Assembly: GCA_027049315.1 (NCBI GenBank)
Contig: JALTUV010000036.1
Span: 189,463-253,462, forward strand
DNA: 64,000 nt
Source of the DNA: Hydrogenothermaceae bacterium
GTDB taxonomy: Bacteria > Aquificota > Aquificia > Aquificales > Hydrogenothermaceae
Direction: 5' to 3'
Position 1 is the first letter of the stretch. Each line of letters starts with the position of its first letter. Shown in pieces: positions 60,863 to 64,000 of the stretch. The notes below the pieces were generated by a model. The model did no database searches, was not told where the DNA came from, and saw only the letters and a list, made by a program, of their open reading frames with translations. The position numbers were made by a program, and so were the translations under genes.

Positions 60863-62131
60863 ATGGCATATAGTACATCTCTAAAAGCAGATAGAATTAA
60901 GAGCAGCAGGGATAAATCATTGATTGTCCCTGATAACCCATCAATTCCATTTATAAAGGGAGATGGAATAGGTAAAGAGGTTATACCCTCAGCAATTTAC
61001 GTTATTAATAAAGCGGTGGAAAAGGCTTACGGTAAAAAGAAAAAAATTCACTGGTTTGAGATTTATGCTGGCGAGTCAGCTTTAGAAAAAACAGGAGAAC
61101 TTCTTCCGAATGAAACAGTTGAAACCATCAAAGAGCATCTCGTATGTCTAAAGGGTCCAATTATAACTCCTGAAGGTAGAAAAAAATCGTTAAATGTAGA
61201 GTTAAGACAGAAGCTAAATCTTTACACATCTATAAGACCTGTTATATGGTACGGGCAGGGTTCTCCCGTTAGAAGTCCGGAACTTGTAGATTATATGATT
61301 TTTAGAGAGAATACCGATGATATATATCTTGGAATTGAGTTTGAAAAGGACACTAACGAAGCTTTAAAAGTTCTAAGTTTTTTAAGAAATGATATGAACG
61401 TTCTACGTTCAGATTTACCATCGGATTGTGCTTTAGCTCTAAAACCTACTTCAGAAGAAAAATCAAAAAGACATATAAGAAAAACTTTCAGAGAGGCTCT
61501 GTTTTATAACAGAAGAATAATAACTGTTGTTCATAGGGGCAATATACTAAAGAAAACAGAAGGTTTGTTTGTTAAGTGGGCATATGAAGTGGCAAAAGAG
61601 GAAGAATTCAAAGACCTCATAATATCGGAAGAAGAGTTAAGTACATACTTTAGTGGTGATTTTGAGAGGGCAATAAGTGAGGGGTTTAAACTCCTTCTTA
61701 AAGACAGATTAATCACATCAGTTTTAGGACATCTAATATCAAGAATTGAAGAATACGATGTCATGCTTGCCCAAAATCTAAACGGTGATTATTTCACTCA
61801 TAGTGCAGCAAGCCTGATAGGAGGGGTTCAGTTTATACCGGTTGCTAACATAGGTGATGAAACTGCTGTATTTGAGACATTACACGGAGTAGCAAAAAGT
61901 ATAGCAGGGAAAGGAATAGCAAATCCAACAGGAGCTATTCTTGCAGGGAAAATGCTTTTAGAACATATAGGATGGTGTGAAGCTGCAGAAAAAATAGTAA
62001 AAGCTTTAAAACAGACATATGCGGATTGGGTAGGAACGTATGATGTAATAAGAGAGTGGTCATCTGCTGCCATCCCAGGTAAAAAGGTTGATACTCAAGG
62101 CTTTGTGGAGAATGTTATAAAAAACATGTAA
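60863..62131 (+). CDS. icd: Isocitrate dehydrogenase, homodimeric prokaryotic (E. coli Icd) type
   Basis: 422 aa; IPFIKGDGIGKEV; KGPIITPEG-KKSLNVELRQKLNLY (the regulatory Ser context is conserved); NLNGDYFTHSAASLIGG. Confidence 0.85.
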   Translation: MAYSTSLKADRIKSSRDKSLIVPDNPSIPFIKGDGIGKEVIPSAIYVINKAVEKAYGKKKKIHWFEIYAGESALEKTGELLPNETVETIKEHLVCLKGPIITPEGRKKSLNVELRQKLNLYTSIRPVIWYGQGSPVRSPELVDYMIFRENTDDIYLGIEFEKDTNEALKVLSFLRNDMNVLRSDLPSDCALALKPTSEEKSKRHIRKTFREALFYNRRIITVVHRGNILKKTEGLFVKWAYEVAKEEEFKDLIISEEELSTYFSGDFERAISEGFKLLLKDRLITSVLGHLISRIEEYDVMLAQNLNGDYFTHSAASLIGGVQFIPVANIGDETAVFETLHGVAKSIAGKGIANPTGAILAGKMLLEHIGWCEAAEKIVKALKQTYADWVGTYDVIREWSSAAIPGKKVDTQGFVENVIKNM

Positions 62132-62132
62132 T

Positions 62133-62153
62133 AAAAAATCAAACACTGTTTTA
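62133..62153. promoter_or_regulatory. Conserved palindromic motif AAAAAATCAAACAcTGTTTTA (copy 3 of 3), between icd and the monomeric IDH gene
   Basis: Same 19-bp motif as at 23734 and 26459. Confidence 0.4.
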
Positions 62154-62224
62154 TTTTTAAAAAAATTTTTGTATAATAACTTGCCAGAAAATCCAAAAAA
62201 TAAACTTAAAGGAGGAGTGTGCTT

Positions 62225-64000
62225 ATGGCAAAAGCCAGAATAATATGGACAAAAGTAGACGAGGCTCCACAGCTTGCAAGTTATTCCCTTTTACCTATCA
62301 TGAGGGCATTTACAAAAGATGCAGATGTTGAAATTGAAGTAAGGGATATTTCCCTTGCTGGAAGGATACTTGCCCAGTTCCCAGACCTTCTCTCAGAAGA
62401 TAAAAGGGTACCTGATGACCTTGCATATCTTGGGGAACTTGTGTGGAAACCTGAAGCAAACATAATGAAACTACCTAACATATCAGCATCTTTACCACAG
62501 TTAAAAGAAGCTATAAAGGAACTTCAGGAACAGGGATATCCATTACCGGACTACCCTGACAATCCTCAAACTGAAGAGGAAAAAGATATAAAGGCAAGAT
62601 ACGACAGGTGTGTAGGTTCTGTTGTTAACCCGGTTTTAAGACAGGGGAACTCAGACAGAAGACTTGCAGAGGTTGTTAAGGAGTACGCAAGAAAGCATCC
62701 TCATAAACTAAAAGAGGTGTCTCCTCACTCAAAATCCCATGTAGCTCATATGAAAACAGGTGATTTTTACGAGCATGAAAAATCTGTAATCATAGATAAA
62801 GACACAAAAATCAAATACATATTCGAGGATGAAAATGGAAACCAGACTGTTCTAAAAGAGGTTGAGGTTGAAAGGGGAGACGTTGTAGATGGAACGTTTA
62901 TGAGCAGAAAGAAACTCAGAAAGTATTTTGAAGAAGTTATTGAAACTGCAAAAGAAGAAGATATTCTCTTCTCTCTTCACGTAAAAGCAACAATGATGAG
63001 GGTTTCAGACCCGGTTATATTCGGGGATGCTATAAGGGTTTACTATGCAAAGTTATTCGAAAGACATGGAGATTTACTTGAGAAGTTAGGATGGAAGCCT
63101 GAATCGGGACTTCAGGAACTTGAAAACAGATTAGACCAGCTTTCTGAAGAAGAAAGAAACGCTATAAAGAAAACGATAGAAGAGATATACAAAGAAAGAC
63201 CAAGAATGTACATGGTTGATTCTGATAAGGGAATTACTAACCTCCACATGCCTAACGACGTTATCATTGATGCATCTGTTCCTGCTGTGATTAAAAACGG
63301 TCTTCAGGGATGGGGTCCCGACGGTGAAACTGAAGATGTTGTTCTTTCAATTCCTGACAGGTCTTATGCAAGAATGTACAAAGAGATTGTTGAAGATATA
63401 AAAGCAAGGGGACAGTTTGACCCAACAAAAATAGGAACTGTTCAAAACGTTGGACTTATGGCAATGAAAGCTGAAGAATACGGTTCCCACGACAAAACGT
63501 TCTTCCCACCTGCAGATGGAAAGATGAAAGTTGTTGACGAAGAAGGAAACGTTCTCATAGAACACTGTGTAGAAGAAGGAGATATTTGGAGAAGCTGTAT
63601 CACAAAAGATATAGCTATAAGAGACTGGGTAAAGCTCGCTGTAAACAGAGCTAAAGATTCAGGTTTTCCTATTGTATTCTGGCTCGATGAGTACAGGGCA
63701 CATGATAAAAATCTCATTGAGAAAGTAAAAGAGGAGCTTCCTAAGTACGACCTTGAAGGAATAGACTGGTACATAAAAGCTCCAGACGATGCTATGAAGT
63801 TCACCCTTGCAAGATTTAGAAATGGAGAAAACACTATCTCCGTGACAGGAAACGTTTTAAGGGACTACCTGACAGACCTATTCCCTATTATTGAAGTTGG
63901 TACATCTGCAAGGTCTCTATCTATTGTTCCTGAGATTGCCGGTGGTGGACTTTTTGAAACAGGTGCAGGTGGTTCAGCTCCAAGACACGTTGAGCAGTTC
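62225..64000 (+). CDS. idh: Monomeric-type isocitrate dehydrogenase (about 740-aa family), 5' part; continues past the window end
   Basis: [25 protein letters not shown]...[21 protein letters not shown]...[23 protein letters not shown] is collinear with the Azotobacter/Corynebacterium monomeric ICDH. Confidence 0.85.
   Translation, partial: MAKARIIWTKVDEAPQLASYSLLPIMRAFTKDADVEIEVRDISLAGRILAQFPDLLSEDKRVPDDLAYLGELVWKPEANIMKLPNISASLPQLKEAIKELQEQGYPLPDYPDNPQTEEEKDIKARYDRCVGSVVNPVLRQGNSDRRLAEVVKEYARKHPHKLKEVSPHSKSHVAHMKTGDFYEHEKSVIIDKDTKIKYIFEDENGNQTVLKEVEVERGDVVDGTFMSRKKLRKYFEEVIETAKEEDILFSLHVKATMMRVSDPVIFGDAIRVYYAKLFERHGDLLEKLGWKPESGLQELENRLDQLSEEERNAIKKTIEEIYKERPRMYMVDSDKGITNLHMPNDVIIDASVPAVIKNGLQGWGPDGETEDVVLSIPDRSYARMYKEIVEDIKARGQFDPTKIGTVQNVGLMAMKAEEYGSHDKTFFPPADGKMKVVDEEGNVLIEHCVEEGDIWRSCITKDIAIRDWVKLAVNRAKDSGFPIVFWLDEYRAHDKNLIEKVKEELPKYDLEGIDWYIKAPDDAMKFTLARFRNGENTISVTGNVLRDYLTDLFPIIEVGTSARSLSIVPEIAGGGLFETGAGGSAPRHVEQF

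Overview
AT-rich (about 35% GC) chromosomal segment that looks like an Aquificae-type thermophile. The lineage guess is inference only, based on a split carB, a fused nuoCD, and nuoA-B-CD-H-N with no nuoEFG in the cluster.

Most of the window is dense housekeeping DNA:
- mutL, glnD, ileS, an HU/IHF-family gene, a ThyX-like gene and hemH.
- A type IV pilin gene with a textbook sigma-54 promoter, next to a PilS/PilR-like two-component system.
- rpoZ, gmk, a 10-gene nuo operon, the N-terminal half of carB, ispG and rsgA.
- A glycosyl-glycerate compatible-solute cluster, leuD, carA, mutS, and two different isocitrate dehydrogenases side by side.

Five tRNA genes (Asp, Val, fMet, Arg, Pro; 45249-45779, minus strand) and a tmRNA (56261-56614, minus strand) bracket an accessory or defence island of about 10.5 kb:
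- The island carries a KAP-family P-loop NTPase.
- It carries a Type I restriction-modification operon in the unusual order hsdR-hsdS-X-hsdM.
- X is an OLD/PARIS-like ABC ATPase-Toprim nuclease, translationally coupled inside the operon.
- hsdR is broken by two frameshifts and hsdS by one, each a single-base slip in a short homopolymer. hsdM and X are intact.

Other items worth a second look:
- A 19-bp palindromic motif, AAAATCAAACAnTGTTTTA, recurs upstream of nuoA, between nuoCD and nuoH, and upstream of the monomeric IDH.
- A LAGLIDADG-like ORF with a degenerate catalytic motif.
- A secreted C39-like peptidase paired with a tandem SagB-type dehydrogenase.
- Tandem palindromic enhancer sites upstream of the pilin sigma-54 promoter.

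No CRISPR array, transposase or integrase was seen.
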